NCBI GenBank assembly: GCA_964555965.1
Contig: CAZKUQ010000001.1
Span: 35,669-99,668, forward strand
From: an uncultured Coxiellaceae bacterium
GTDB lineage: Bacteria; Pseudomonadota; Gammaproteobacteria; DSM-16500
Reading direction: 5' to 3'
Length of the DNA stretch: 64,000 nucleotides
Part shown: piece after piece, positions 1-10,267 of the stretch
How the letters are laid out: each line of letters begins with the position of its first letter
Position numbering within the stretch: the stretch's first letter is position 1
Position numbers and translations under genes: made by a program
The notes under the pieces: generated by a model
What the model saw: only the letters and a program-made list of their open reading frames with translations
Told to the model about the DNA's origin: nothing
Database searches by the model: none

Positions 1-328
1 CATGGAGTTTACTTTGTTAATACCAAGTAATGGATAGAATTTTTTCTTCATCACACATATCTAACAGTTCGTAAAACGACATCTGCCGCGATTAGACATT
101 TGCTATTAAGTAGTGGCGCATCAAAAATATAATCTTTTCGTCTAAATAAATTTTTATTTAAATCGATCACGCATTCATCACCACCTCCTGATTTTTACTT
201 TGCATGGTTTATCCTGATGGTGAGTTAAACCACACCATTTCTCTGTTGATTCTTGCCTTATTGAAAATCGGGCCGGTTATATTTTTCCCTATTTTTATGG
301 AATTTTTTGCGTTTTTAAACCCGACAAA

Positions 329-1171
329 TTACATCTTCATAAAATCACTAAGAGGATAATTAATTGCTGGATGTTCTTCGGGAAGAGCAATAACATTTTG
401 ACATAAACCCGCGTCAATATTATAAAGAATATAATTATTTTTTTTAAAGCATTCCAAAATTGTTTTCAATGGCCCATATGTTGTTTCGCAAAAAATGCTG
501 GGGCGAATTTCTTTAAGAATTTTTGAAGCACCAAGCAACACCCTATCTTCTGAACATTCAACATCGATTTTTAATACAGAGGGATGAGGTAAATAATTAA
601 GCAACCAATCCAAAGAGACTGTTAATACAGAATGTGTTTCACGAATCCCACCTGAATCAGTTGTTCCACTTGATCCTGCTAAAAAACTTGTAGATCTTCC
701 TCTTTTTGCGATAAAAAAATCAGAAATATTAACAGAATTTGAAATGGCAATCGGCAAGATATCAATTTTGGCTCTTTTGCTTTTTCCCTCTTTTACTGAA
801 CGCCTCAGTAAATCAAGACAAAAAAGATCTGGTTCGATTGCCACGACTCTCCCAGATGAGCCAGCTAAAAATGCAGATGATAAGCTAAAAAGCCCGAAAC
901 TTGCACCTATATCCCATACTATAGATGCAGGTTTAACAATTTCTTTGCATACACGAAAAAGAATTGGTTCACATTTCCTAATATTATATGACCAGAATCG
1001 TAGCGCCGAATCTGGTGAAACGAAAATATAATCAGCACCAAATTCTTTTGGTAAACGTCTTTTTAATACAATTTCTCTGCTAAAATATTCAAATATTTTT
1101 CTCACAATAATGTACCTTAAATCAAAGCTTGAATTCTGTCTGCAACATAACTCGTGAAAGGTATTGAACAA
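329..1171 (-). CDS. FkbM-family SAM-dependent methyltransferase
   Basis: 280-aa ORF. VWDIGASFGLFSLSSA...GRVVAIEPD resembles the FkbM-family SAM-binding core. The 5' end overlaps the upstream gene by 55 nt, so the true start is uncertain. Confidence 0.6.
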   Translation of the reverse strand: MFNTFHELCCRQNSSFDLRYIIVRKIFEYFSREIVLKRRLPKEFGADYIFVSPDSALRFWSYNIRKCEPILFRVCKEIVKPASIVWDIGASFGLFSLSSAFLAGSSGRVVAIEPDLFCLDLLRRSVKEGKSKRAKIDILPIAISNSVNISDFFIAKRGRSTSFLAGSSGTTDSGGIRETHSVLTVSLDWLLNYLPHPSVLKIDVECSEDRVLLGASKILKEIRPSIFCETTYGPLKTILECFKKNNYILYNIDAGLCQNVIALPEEHPAINYPLSDFMKM

Positions 1172-2325
1172 GTAAAAGCAGGTGATACGGCATTTAACAC
1201 ATGGAATGATTGATTATCACCTTCTAAAATAAAATCCATTTCGAGTTTACGAGTTTTAACGTTAAGTAACTGAGCCCGAATACCTGGCCTGCCCCAATGA
1301 GCATAATTTTTTTTATCTATGTTATGTACTAATTCTGCTGCATGATTTACTAAAATTTTTCGGTTATATTTTTTCATCTCACCCCATGCAAGTTGTCTAA
1401 AATCAAATCCTGCAGAAAAAAATAATCCTACTTCTCGACATAATATTTCTAACAATTCTCGATATTTAAATTTTGATAGCCACTCGTATTGCTCGCGCCA
1501 GAAAGCCGGAATGGCTGTAGGACCAATTTTGACAGATCCATTAACGCCAACTGTAAAATGTACGCCAAGAAAGGGATTTTGTAATGAAGGCACAGGGTAA
1601 ACATGTGTTCTTAATGATTCATCGGGATTGGAAGCATATAAATATATTCCTTTAAAAGGAAGAATGGAAAAATCCTTCGAAAAACTAAAATCTTTTGCAA
1701 TTTTATCTGCATAAAGCCCAGCAGTATTTACTAAATATCCACAAGAATAAAATCCCTTGTTCGTTTTTAATAAATTATTTTTATGATTAATATATTGTGT
1801 GCCAAAGTGGATTGAAATGCCTTCCTGTTCAGCATCTTTAACCATATGTTTTAAAACAATTTTTGGATCGACAGATGATGTCGTAGGTGAAAAAAGTGCT
1901 TGCTCAAATGTTTTAATTCTGGGTTCAATTTCTAATGCTTCTTTAGCCGAAATTAGATTTAAAAAAATATCATTTTGTTTGCCGCGTTGTAAAAGTTCAT
2001 GTAATCCTTTCAGGTCTTGAGCGTCACGAGCAACAACTAGCTTGCCACAACGATTAATGGGAATTTTTTTTTCTAAGCAATAATTAGTAAGTGCGGCATT
2101 ACCTAATTTCGTAAATTTCGCTTTAAGACTATCTTTTGTGTAATAAAAACCAGCGTGAAGTACACCACTATTTCTACCACTAGCATGCTTTCCTTCACGT
2201 TCTTCTTTTTCTAAAATTATAATCCGACAATCAGAATAACGTCGCTTAAGTTCTCTAGCGATATTAAGCCCGATAATTCCTGCGCCAACAATAATAAAAT
2301 CTCCCACAGTAGTTGATAATGCCAT
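1117..2325 (-). CDS. lhgO: FAD-dependent oxidoreductase, L-2-hydroxyglutarate oxidase-like
   Basis: N-terminal Rossmann dinucleotide motif IIVGAGIIGLNIA. The following ILEKE...GRNSGVLHAGFYYTKDSLKAKF closely parallels E. coli LhgO/YgaF as I recall it. Confidence 0.65.
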   Translation of the reverse strand: MALSTTVGDFIIVGAGIIGLNIARELKRRYSDCRIIILEKEEREGKHASGRNSGVLHAGFYYTKDSLKAKFTKLGNAALTNYCLEKKIPINRCGKLVVARDAQDLKGLHELLQRGKQNDIFLNLISAKEALEIEPRIKTFEQALFSPTTSSVDPKIVLKHMVKDAEQEGISIHFGTQYINHKNNLLKTNKGFYSCGYLVNTAGLYADKIAKDFSFSKDFSILPFKGIYLYASNPDESLRTHVYPVPSLQNPFLGVHFTVGVNGSVKIGPTAIPAFWREQYEWLSKFKYRELLEILCREVGLFFSAGFDFRQLAWGEMKKYNRKILVNHAAELVHNIDKKNYAHWGRPGIRAQLLNVKTRKLEMDFILEGDNQSFHVLNAVSPAFTCSIPFTSYVADRIQALI

Positions 2326-2469
2326 GCTATTCCTCTTCGAAAACTAGACAAGCTCAATTTTATTTGCAATACTTTCGACGGTAATTTGATGGTCCACTAC
2401 CTATAATAATTACGCAAATAAAATTAGCATAAATTATGTGGCTCAAGTATGGAATAATTGAGGTGAAAA

Positions 2470-2988
2470 GTGAAGGATGCACATGCTGAATGGTATTTGG
2501 TTTTTGCTAAGCCAAATCATGAAAATATTGCTAAATTAAATTTAGATAGGCAAGGATTTCTTACTTACCTTCCTTTATTGCAGCAGCATAAACGGAAACG
2601 TAATTTATATAAACTGATTACTGAGCCGTTATTTCCTCGTTATTTATTCATTTATCTTAATTCAGAAATAGATGATTGGAGTAAAATCCGTTCTACACGA
2701 GGGTGCGTGTCATTGGTTCGCTTTGGCGCATTTCCTGCTCGTGTACCTAGGTTATTAGTCGAGCGATTGCAACAAGATGAAGCAAATAGAATTATTCAGC
2801 AAAAAATTTGCACTCCTGATTTTAAAACAGGTGATAGAGTTCAAATAATAGATGGTGTGTTAGCTAATTATGAAGGGATTGTCGAAATTAAAAATAGCCA
2901 GGAACGCATCACATTACTATTGGATATTGCGGAGAATCATACTCGTCGGGTGAACTTATCGATACATCAAGTTAAAGCAGCAAATTAA
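2470..2988 (+). CDS. rfaH: Transcription antiterminator RfaH (NusG paralog)
   Basis: 172 aa with a GTG start. NGN-type N-terminus WYLVFAKPNHE...LFPRYLFI and a C-terminal KOW-like segment GDRVQIIDGVLANYEGIV. Size and architecture are typical of RfaH. Cognate ops sites lie downstream in this window. Confidence 0.8.
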   Translation: MKDAHAEWYLVFAKPNHENIAKLNLDRQGFLTYLPLLQQHKRKRNLYKLITEPLFPRYLFIYLNSEIDDWSKIRSTRGCVSLVRFGAFPARVPRLLVERLQQDEANRIIQQKICTPDFKTGDRVQIIDGVLANYEGIVEIKNSQERITLLLDIAENHTRRVNLSIHQVKAAN

Positions 2989-3017
2989 GACCCATGGATA
3001 ATACAAGGAAGTAGGCG

Positions 3018-5135
3018 GTGTTAATTATTCAAATGTGGAAAAACTTATGTAAAAAGCAAACCGACATTGTTAATCATTATTATTTTCGAAATTATTTTTC
3101 GGCATTATTTTCTCGATTTGCTAAATCCGCCATGTTTTCAAAAATGAGAACCCACGGTCGTGTTATTGCATCAATTTATGACTTATTCGCTGTTGTGCTT
3201 GCTTGGTTATTAGCTTATTGGATTATGATTAATATAATATCAAACCTCTCTCCTGATATTATAAATAAAAAAACAAATAGTTTATTTATAATGATCTTGC
3301 ACTGGAAACTCGTATTATCTTATTTAATTTGGATTATACCATTACAATTTTTATTATTTAGATTATATGGTTTATATCGCGGATTTTGGCGATTTGCATC
3401 AATACAAGATTTACGAAAAATATTTCTTGTTTCGATGCTTGGTGGCTTGATTTCATGGATTATCTTAAGAAGAAATTCAGTTATCATGGGCGATGCTGAC
3501 CCAAATTTATTTAATATATATCTTTTATCACTACCACATTATGTTGTTGCACTCCTTTATACGGGTTTTTTAGCTTTTTTTTTATCCTCAGCACGATTAT
3601 TTGTGCGCCTAGCGAAGGATTGTCAGCATCTTTATCAAGATTATCAGAGAGTCATTATTATTGGGGCTGGAAATGCAGGAGAAGGGTTAGTACGTGATTT
3701 ATTAAGGGATGGTAATCAACCATATAAGCCCGTTGCCTTTGTTGATGATGACCTCAAAAAAGGTGGTCGTGAAATTCATAATGTAAGAGTAGTAGGTATT
3801 ACGGCTGATTTATCTAAATTAATTAAAAGTTACAGAATTGATTTAGTATTAATTGCAATACCATCTATTTCATCAACAAAAATGCGCTCGATTGTTGATA
3901 TTTGTGAGAAAGCAAATGTTCGTTGTTATATATTGCCAGGCATTAAAGATTTAGCAAATGGCTGTGTCAGCATTAATTTACTCCGCAATATTTCACTCGA
4001 AGATTTATTAGGCCGCTACCCAGTTACTTGTCAATGGTCATCCATTACAACGTTCATAAAAGGTAAAACTATTTTAGTGACGGGGGCAGGTGGATCAATT
4101 GGATCTGAATTATGTCGACAAATAATTTCGTTAGGAAGTATTTCGCGTCTTATTGTCTTAGATAATAATGAATATAATTTATATTCAATTGAAATGGAAT
4201 TACGTCAGAAATTTCCTTCTTGCCAATCTCATCCAATATTGCTTAGCGTGACAGATCGCGCTGGGATACAAGCCATATTAAATGAATATCAGCCGCACAT
4301 GGTATTTCATGCCGCAGCATATAAACATGTCCCTTTGCTTGAGTATCAGCCGCGCACAGCTATTTATAATAATATTATTGGTACAAAGATTCTTGCTGAA
4401 GAATCTGTTAGGGCTGGTGTTGAGACATTTGTACTAATTTCTTCTGATAAAGCAGTTAACCCAACAAACATTATGGGCGCTACAAAACGCGCAGCAGAGT
4501 ATTTTTGCCAAAACTTGAATGATCATGCAGAAAAAACGCGCTTTATTACGGTACGTTTTGGTAATGTATTAGATTCAACAGGAAGTGTGATTCCATTGTT
4601 TAGGAAACAAATTGAATCGGGTGGGCCAGTCACAGTTACACACCCGGAAATCACAAGATTTTTTATGACAATTCCGGAAGCATCTCAACTTATTTTGCAG
4701 GCAGCCTTTTTAGGTAAAGGCGGTGAAATTTTTGTTTTGGATATGGGCGATCCGATTAGGATCAGGTATTTGGCGGAACAAATGATCAAGTTGGCGGGTA
4801 AGGTAGTTGATCAAGATGTGAAAATTATTTATACGGGTTTACGGCCAGGTGAAAAATTATATGAAGAATGTTTTTATTCCAATGAAACACTTCAGCCTAC
4901 CATGCATGCCAAAATTTTACGTGCACGATCACAACAGCGCGATTTTAGGGAAATTCAAAATATTTGTTACAAGATGTTATCTTGTTGTGAAACAGGTAAT
5001 GTTGAAAAAGATAACCTTGTCATGCTCTTAAAGAAGCTCGTACCTGAATATGTGGAAATAAAAAATGGATATAAACAAACGACAGAAAATCCTAACGAAA
5101 CTTGGGAGGCCGATCTCATATTAGCGACTATATGA
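3018..5135 (+). CDS. Membrane-anchored nucleotide-sugar 4,6-dehydratase (WbpM/PglF/CapD family)
   Basis: 705 aa. Hydrophobic N-terminal third, then two Rossmann regions (IIGAGNAGEGL and VTGAGGSIGSEL), YKHVPLLE and SSDKAVNPTNIMGATKR motifs of the Polysacc_synt_2/CapD family. Start could be GTG 3018 or ATG 3033. Confidence 0.8.
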   Translation: MLIIQMWKNLCKKQTDIVNHYYFRNYFSALFSRFAKSAMFSKMRTHGRVIASIYDLFAVVLAWLLAYWIMINIISNLSPDIINKKTNSLFIMILHWKLVLSYLIWIIPLQFLLFRLYGLYRGFWRFASIQDLRKIFLVSMLGGLISWIILRRNSVIMGDADPNLFNIYLLSLPHYVVALLYTGFLAFFLSSARLFVRLAKDCQHLYQDYQRVIIIGAGNAGEGLVRDLLRDGNQPYKPVAFVDDDLKKGGREIHNVRVVGITADLSKLIKSYRIDLVLIAIPSISSTKMRSIVDICEKANVRCYILPGIKDLANGCVSINLLRNISLEDLLGRYPVTCQWSSITTFIKGKTILVTGAGGSIGSELCRQIISLGSISRLIVLDNNEYNLYSIEMELRQKFPSCQSHPILLSVTDRAGIQAILNEYQPHMVFHAAAYKHVPLLEYQPRTAIYNNIIGTKILAEESVRAGVETFVLISSDKAVNPTNIMGATKRAAEYFCQNLNDHAEKTRFITVRFGNVLDSTGSVIPLFRKQIESGGPVTVTHPEITRFFMTIPEASQLILQAAFLGKGGEIFVLDMGDPIRIRYLAEQMIKLAGKVVDQDVKIIYTGLRPGEKLYEECFYSNETLQPTMHAKILRARSQQRDFREIQNICYKMLSCCETGNVEKDNLVMLLKKLVPEYVEIKNGYKQTTENPNETWEADLILATI

Positions 5136-5332
5136 AAATAAACTGTTAATACATTCAGGTTAACGCTATAATTTGATTCGATATTTAAAATAGTTTATGA
5201 TAAGCTGCTATCTTTGGTATCTCTGTAGCCTATCTGGACGATAGAATACGTAAGGTAAAAGCAAAAAAATTTTTGTATTTCTTTTAAGGTAAAGGTATTA
5301 GGCATAAGCATAACGATTTAAAGGAGTAAACT

Positions 5333-5950
5333 ATGTTTAAAAAGTTATTGATCGCAAGCGCAGTTTTGGCAAGTTGTTCGAGTGTTGCTTTTGCAGGTCA
5401 CGCTTACAAAGGTGAAAAAGCTTATAAGGATTATAAGGATGAAATGCCATGCCCAAAATATCAATTTGCGGCTGGACCTTATATCGGACTCAGTGCTGGT
5501 GTTAGAAACAACTATACTGGTACTCCAACCGTTTATAAGGGGTTAGAAGGCATTCTTTCTCTTGGATATGGTGTAATGTTGAATCCATCGTGGTATCTCG
5601 CCGGTGAAATATTTGGCGGTGATAGCGCGCAGCTGAAAGATTACAATGAAGAAAACAATAGTAATAATGGTGTCAAGACCACATGGAATTTTGGCGCAAG
5701 CATTATTCCAGGTTACATGATTACTGATTATGTTCTTACTTACCTCCGTGCTGGTGTAGTTCGTGCTCGCTTTTCTGATATGAGTACTAATAAAACTGGT
5801 TGGCAGATAGGTCTTGGTGGACAAACTAACATTTATCAAAATTGGGATCTTCGCGGCGAATATGTTTATAGTCAATACCAAAGCATTTCTGGCATTGGTA
5901 AGCCGGCTTCTGATCAGGTCAATTTAGGTATTGTTTATAAATTTGTCTAA
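5333..5950 (+). CDS. Small outer-membrane beta-barrel protein with signal peptide
   Basis: Strong SD (AAAGGAG) 7 nt upstream. Signal peptide MFKKLLIASAVLASCSSVAFA. Alternating aromatic/Gly-rich strands and the C-terminal LGIVYKFV are typical of 8-stranded OMPs. Confidence 0.65.
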   Translation: MFKKLLIASAVLASCSSVAFAGHAYKGEKAYKDYKDEMPCPKYQFAAGPYIGLSAGVRNNYTGTPTVYKGLEGILSLGYGVMLNPSWYLAGEIFGGDSAQLKDYNEENNSNNGVKTTWNFGASIIPGYMITDYVLTYLRAGVVRARFSDMSTNKTGWQIGLGGQTNIYQNWDLRGEYVYSQYQSISGIGKPASDQVNLGIVYKFV

Positions 5951-5964
5951 TTTTACCTAAAATT

Positions 5965-6006
5965 GGGCAGATGTTATTTAAGCATTCTGCCCTTTAAATT
6001 TCTTTT
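5965..6006 (+). terminator. Rho-independent terminator after the OMP gene
   Basis: Perfect 7-bp stem GGGCAGA (5965-5971) / TCTGCCC (5986-5992), followed by a T-rich tail TTTAAATTTCTTTTTT. Confidence 0.6.
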
Positions 6007-6104
6007 TTAACAATTCCTCGATAAATATTTCAATCATTAATAAAATACCACGAAAAACTCTTTATTATTACTCAAAAACTAAGGCCAAATAAAAATAAAA
6101 AGCC

Positions 6105-6944
6105 ATGCAAATACATCTAACAGTTATCATTCTTACTTATAATGAATCGATTCATATAGACCGAGCCATTAAAAACGTATCGAAATGGGCAGATAAAATA
6201 ATTATTTTGGACTCTTACTCAGAAGATGATACCGTAGAAAAAGCTAGTACTTTTGGCATAGAAGTCATTTATAGAAAATTTGATAATTATAAAAATCAGA
6301 GAGAATACGCAATTGAATATGTAAAAAATAAAACAGAATGGCTATTTTTTTTAGATGCGGATGAATATTTGACGGAAGAATTAAAACAAGAAATTAAAAG
6401 TGAAACCATTAAATCAGATATATCGGGTTATTATATTCCGAGACGATTTATTTTTATGAATAAATGGATTAAATGGGGAGGATATTATCCTATTTATTTA
6501 TTAAGATTGTTTCGTCCAGAACATGCTTATCTTGATGGCGTGATTAATGAACATGTGAAAGTATCCGGAAAAATTGATTATCTTAAAAATGATTTTGTAG
6601 ATCATAATTTAAAAGGAATTAATAGTTGGATAGAGAAACACAATAGTTATGCTACTTTCGAAGCGCTTGAATTAATAAGATATAAAGCAAAACAATATCA
6701 TTTTAAGAAAATTAATATTTTTTCTACTCAGAGCGAACGAAAACAATGGTTGCGTTATAACATATGGAACAGGCTACCTATCGTCATTAGACCACCCTTA
6801 TATTTTATTTATCGATATTTTTTTAGATTAGGATTTTTAGATGGTAAAGAGGGATTTATTTATCATTTTTTGCAAGGATTTTGGTTTTGGCTCCTTATTG
6901 ATATTAAATATATAGAATCTAAGAATATAAAATGTCCGGAATAG
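6105..6944 (+). CDS. Family 2 glycosyltransferase (LPS core WaaE/KdtX-like)
   Basis: VIILTYNESIHIDRAI...LDSYSEDDT...FLDADE GT2 motifs. The C-terminal GFLDGKEGFIYHFLQGFW tail is typical of the WaaE/KdtX subgroup. Confidence 0.7.
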   Translation: MQIHLTVIILTYNESIHIDRAIKNVSKWADKIIILDSYSEDDTVEKASTFGIEVIYRKFDNYKNQREYAIEYVKNKTEWLFFLDADEYLTEELKQEIKSETIKSDISGYYIPRRFIFMNKWIKWGGYYPIYLLRLFRPEHAYLDGVINEHVKVSGKIDYLKNDFVDHNLKGINSWIEKHNSYATFEALELIRYKAKQYHFKKINIFSTQSERKQWLRYNIWNRLPIVIRPPLYFIYRYFFRLGFLDGKEGFIYHFLQGFWFWLLIDIKYIESKNIKCPE

Positions 6945-8203
6945 CTAACTTTTCAGAATATTCATCACGTTCACCAATAAGGTATTTGTTACCAATTTTT
7001 TTAATGGGTTGGATAGGCACCACCATGTCATTTTTGACTCCTATTTTTAACAGTAATACACGGTGGTTGTTTTTTTTAGCATTATTTGCGTTTTTATTCA
7101 CAAGAAAAAATATATTTCGATATTTTGATGTTAAATTAGGATTAATACTATTTATCTATTTCGGATGGTGCTTGTTAACTACTGGATGGGCTACTGTTCC
7201 GCTATTATCTTTTATAAAATCTAGCACATTCGTTCTGATTACACTGACTCTGATTTTCGCGGGGATCGAATGGATGAAAGCCAATTCATGGTCAAATTCA
7301 TTAAATTATCTTTGGATGTTATCGCTTATTGCTCTGATATCTGCTTTTTTAGGTCATCGCTCGTTATCGGTTGCAGATTATTACCATGGATTAACAATAG
7401 GATCAAATATGTTTGGTGAGACAATGTTTTTTATTTTTCCTTTTTTTCTTTGGAAAACATATAAAGCTGAAAAGAAAATAAAACGTATCGGCTGGCTAAT
7501 TCTTTCTTTAAGTGTTTTTTATTTTGTTTTTTTATCTATGTCTAGATCATCTATCTTGGCTGTAAATATAATTTTGTTAGTATTTTTCCTTAGTCTTAAA
7601 TTAAACAAGAAAATTATGTTTTGCATTGCTTCCATTTTTATTATCAGTGGAATCATCTTAATTAATCCTAGCGTCTTAATCCAAGCAATTGAAGTGTCAA
7701 AAAGTTATATATTGAAGGGTTCAGGTCAAGATTTTTCTAGAATATTCAGAAGCCGTGATTTGGCATGGAAACTTTCTTATGAAGGCGCATTAGAGGGAGG
7801 TTGGACTGGACTCGGATTTGGAATGCGGTGGGATTGGGATGAAGATATTGATGTTTATAATAGTTTATTATCTGCTTTAAAAAACGGAAGAGAAAAAGGA
7901 AATTCACAACTTGCAGTTGTTGAAGAGACAGGATTATTTGGCTTCATTCTTTATTTGGTTTTCAATATTTATATTATTAGTAAATTTATTAAGATTTACA
8001 TTGAAGTTAAAAATCAAGAACAAAAAGTTTTGATAGGAATTTTTGCGAGTATTTTTGTAGGATTAATTGCTATATCTGTATTTGAAGGTTGGTGGGATGC
8101 ACCTTGTTCACCAGAAACGATTTACTTTTGGATACTAGTTGGTATTATCAGGGGCGTAGAAATTTCTTTGATTCATAAAAATAATAAATTAAGACTAATG
8201 TAG
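6932..8203 (+). CDS. O-antigen ligase/polymerase family (Wzy_C domain) integral membrane protein
   Basis: 423 aa and polytopic. MSRSSILA follows a large loop, and GxGFG lies in a periplasmic-type loop, as in WaaL/Wzy_C proteins. Overlaps the upstream GT2 gene by 13 nt. Confidence 0.55.
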   Translation: MSGIANFSEYSSRSPIRYLLPIFLMGWIGTTMSFLTPIFNSNTRWLFFLALFAFLFTRKNIFRYFDVKLGLILFIYFGWCLLTTGWATVPLLSFIKSSTFVLITLTLIFAGIEWMKANSWSNSLNYLWMLSLIALISAFLGHRSLSVADYYHGLTIGSNMFGETMFFIFPFFLWKTYKAEKKIKRIGWLILSLSVFYFVFLSMSRSSILAVNIILLVFFLSLKLNKKIMFCIASIFIISGIILINPSVLIQAIEVSKSYILKGSGQDFSRIFRSRDLAWKLSYEGALEGGWTGLGFGMRWDWDEDIDVYNSLLSALKNGREKGNSQLAVVEETGLFGFILYLVFNIYIISKFIKIYIEVKNQEQKVLIGIFASIFVGLIAISVFEGWWDAPCSPETIYFWILVGIIRGVEISLIHKNNKLRLM

Positions 8204-8238
8204 AAAAATAGAACGGTTTAACTAAAATATAAAATATT

Positions 8239-8688
8239 TCAATATGATTCTTTTATAATCGAATTAGCAAAAACAAAATATTTCATGATAAAAAAACTAG
8301 ATGAAGCTGTTGCCATTGTAGATGCAATGAGTCCAATGTAAGCGGAGCCATGAATTATTTCGACAGTCGCCCACATGACAGTAATAGTGATTATATAATT
8401 TATTATCAACATAAATAAATACTTTCCCACGTGAAGACCTAAATGCTGTTCATTTCTTTTTACTTCAAATGTAATTATCCTATGAAGCGTGAAATGGGAA
8501 ACAACAGTTATTGAATATGCAAAAGTAGTTGCTATTTTGTAATTAAGTATACAGATACCATAAAAAAAATGAAAAGATAAAAAATTAATACAAAAAGTAG
8601 TGAATCCAATCACGATAAATTTTATTATTTGATTTTGGTTTTGCATCAAATAATTCAGTAAGAATTTCATAATATATTTTTCTGGCAT
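8239..8688 (-). CDS. GtrA-family small membrane protein (polyprenyl-phosphate-sugar handling)
   Basis: 149 aa with four predicted TM segments. IKFIVIGFTTFCINFLSFHFF and a C-terminal FIMKYFVF are typical of the GtrA family. Confidence 0.65.
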   Translation of the reverse strand: MPEKYIMKFLLNYLMQNQNQIIKFIVIGFTTFCINFLSFHFFYGICILNYKIATTFAYSITVVSHFTLHRIITFEVKRNEQHLGLHVGKYLFMLIINYIITITVMWATVEIIHGSAYIGLIASTMATASSSFFIMKYFVFANSIIKESY

Positions 8689-8701
8689 AATAAACAGCCA
8701 T

Positions 8702-10267
8702 TTAAATTTGTTGAAATTTATATTTCATAATTGCTACTAACCAAGTCCATGGGTCACGTAAAACATTTACTTTTTTTCCTTCCTTAAATGATCTAGAACG
8801 ATAATTAACAGGAATTTCTATTGGATAATGGCCATGCTTAACTAATTTAATCAATAATTCATAATCAAAATCAAAGCGATTACATTCCAATTTTATACCG
8901 CGTAAACAATCGGCTCTAAATACTTTATACATCGTAAAAGGATCTTTTAATTTTAATCCATAGGTAAGGTTAACTAATGCAGCAAAAAACCAATGGCCCA
9001 TATTCAATAAATGGCCGGTTAGCCGCTGATCTTCAAATTGCCTCATTTTCCACGCACCACCGCCATGCCGAGCACCGAGAACAAAAGTTGCTTCTCCTGT
9101 CACAAGAGGTTCAACAAGTGCATCATAATCTTCAATATCATATTCAGTATCTGCATCTTGAATAAGAATATAATCACCACTCACCTTTTCTAAACCCGCT
9201 CTTACCGCATTACCCTTTCCTCGGGGAGTATCTTGCCATATGATAGTTATTCTTTCCTTACCTTCATATTGTTTCACGATTTCACGAGTGCCATCTGTTG
9301 AATTACTTTCAACAATAATTAATTCCATTTCAATACCATCTATTTTTTTTGCAAGAATTGAATCTATAACATTTTTAACGAAATTAGCTTCATTAAAAGC
9401 GGGCATAACAACGGAAAGCTTTTTGGAAGAATTAATGGGTTTATTTTTTGCAAACAACATAACGTTGCTTGTGGCAAAGTGAAATTGATATTTTCGAATA
9501 AATTTTGGTAAAAACCTTGTATATTTGATAAGACTCGAAAATGGTTGCTTAGAATATCGAGATAGATTTTGATATAAATAATCAAGATTGATGGGTTCTT
9601 TTATTGGATTTAGTTTTAATTCTTCAAAAAATTCATCATGAAATAATTGATTTAAAGTTTTTTTAGAAAAATACCATAAATTTTGAAGACTAAAACCAGC
9701 CCAGCGACTTTTCATTAATCGAGCGGTAAGAGAGTCTACAGTAGGAAGAATTGTCACAACAATACCACTTTCTTTAAGTAGACTTCGAATATTTCGCAAA
9801 AATAAGCGAGGATGACGAACTCGATTTAATACATTTACTAAAAGAATGAAATCAAATGACTCTGATGAATTTTGCAAAGCTTGAATTTTACTATTTAATA
9901 CTTCTTCATAGTCAGCTTCACTTAGCTCTTTAGTAGTCATTAATTTTTTAACTGCTAGATCTTTTGCAGTTGCGATACAATGAAAATCAGCCGATCCTAT
10001 TTGCAGCATTTTCCCTTCCAATGGGTTACTAATATAAGATTCTATGCTACTAATATAATGTTCATCAAAACTAAACGGATTATCAATTTGATTATTCTTA
10101 TTAAAATCTGTTAGGTCTTGGTTAGTTGGTTGAGGATTTAGTCGCATTAAAGAACAATTACAGCATTTTTCAATCCGAAATTTTCCGATGGAAAAATTGT
10201 AATATATTTTTCTTTCACGACAAATTAAACATCTTCTTAAATTTTTGTTATCCTCTAATGGATTCAT
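8702..10267 (-). CDS. Fusion protein: N-terminal methyltransferase-like domain plus C-terminal GT2 polyprenyl-phosphate glycosyltransferase (GtrB/ArnC-like)
   Basis: N-terminal Cys4 ribbon (CLICRE...CCNCS) and a class I MTase-like segment FDFILLVNVLNRVRHP...LLKESGIVV. C-terminal LSVVMPAFNE...IVESNSTDGT...ILIQDADTEYD is a GT2 core. Confidence 0.65.
   Translation of the reverse strand: MNPLEDNKNLRRCLICRERKIYYNFSIGKFRIEKCCNCSLMRLNPQPTNQDLTDFNKNNQIDNPFSFDEHYISSIESYISNPLEGKMLQIGSADFHCIATAKDLAVKKLMTTKELSEADYEEVLNSKIQALQNSSESFDFILLVNVLNRVRHPRLFLRNIRSLLKESGIVVTILPTVDSLTARLMKSRWAGFSLQNLWYFSKKTLNQLFHDEFFEELKLNPIKEPINLDYLYQNLSRYSKQPFSSLIKYTRFLPKFIRKYQFHFATSNVMLFAKNKPINSSKKLSVVMPAFNEANFVKNVIDSILAKKIDGIEMELIIVESNSTDGTREIVKQYEGKERITIIWQDTPRGKGNAVRAGLEKVSGDYILIQDADTEYDIEDYDALVEPLVTGEATFVLGARHGGGAWKMRQFEDQRLTGHLLNMGHWFFAALVNLTYGLKLKDPFTMYKVFRADCLRGIKLECNRFDFDYELLIKLVKHGHYPIEIPVNYRSRSFKEGKKVNVLRDPWTWLVAIMKYKFQQI

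Noticed and set aside
1-51. Possible 5' end of a minus-strand gene (MKKKFYPLLGINKVNSM...) running off the left edge
   Set aside because: Only 17 codons are visible, there is no SD upstream and no motif. That is too little to support a feature.
215-245. Hairpin ATGGTG...CACCAT downstream of the FkbM-like gene, as a terminator
   Set aside because: The stem is only 6 bp with a 10-nt loop, and there is no T-run in the minus-strand orientation. This is not convincing.
744-2020. Plus-strand ORFs 744-1031 and 1799-2020
   Set aside because: They are antisense shadows of the FkbM-like and LhgO-like genes and have no recognisable domains.
3014-3020. GGCGGTG just upstream of, and overlapping, the WbpM-like start codon, as a possible third ops site
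   Set aside because: Only the first 6 nt match ops (GGCGGT followed by GT rather than AG). The essential TAGC core is absent, and the site overlaps the start codon.
5543-5881. 112-aa minus-strand ORF inside the OMP gene
   Set aside because: It is antisense to a gene with a signal peptide, an SD and a terminator. It has no motifs or start context of its own.
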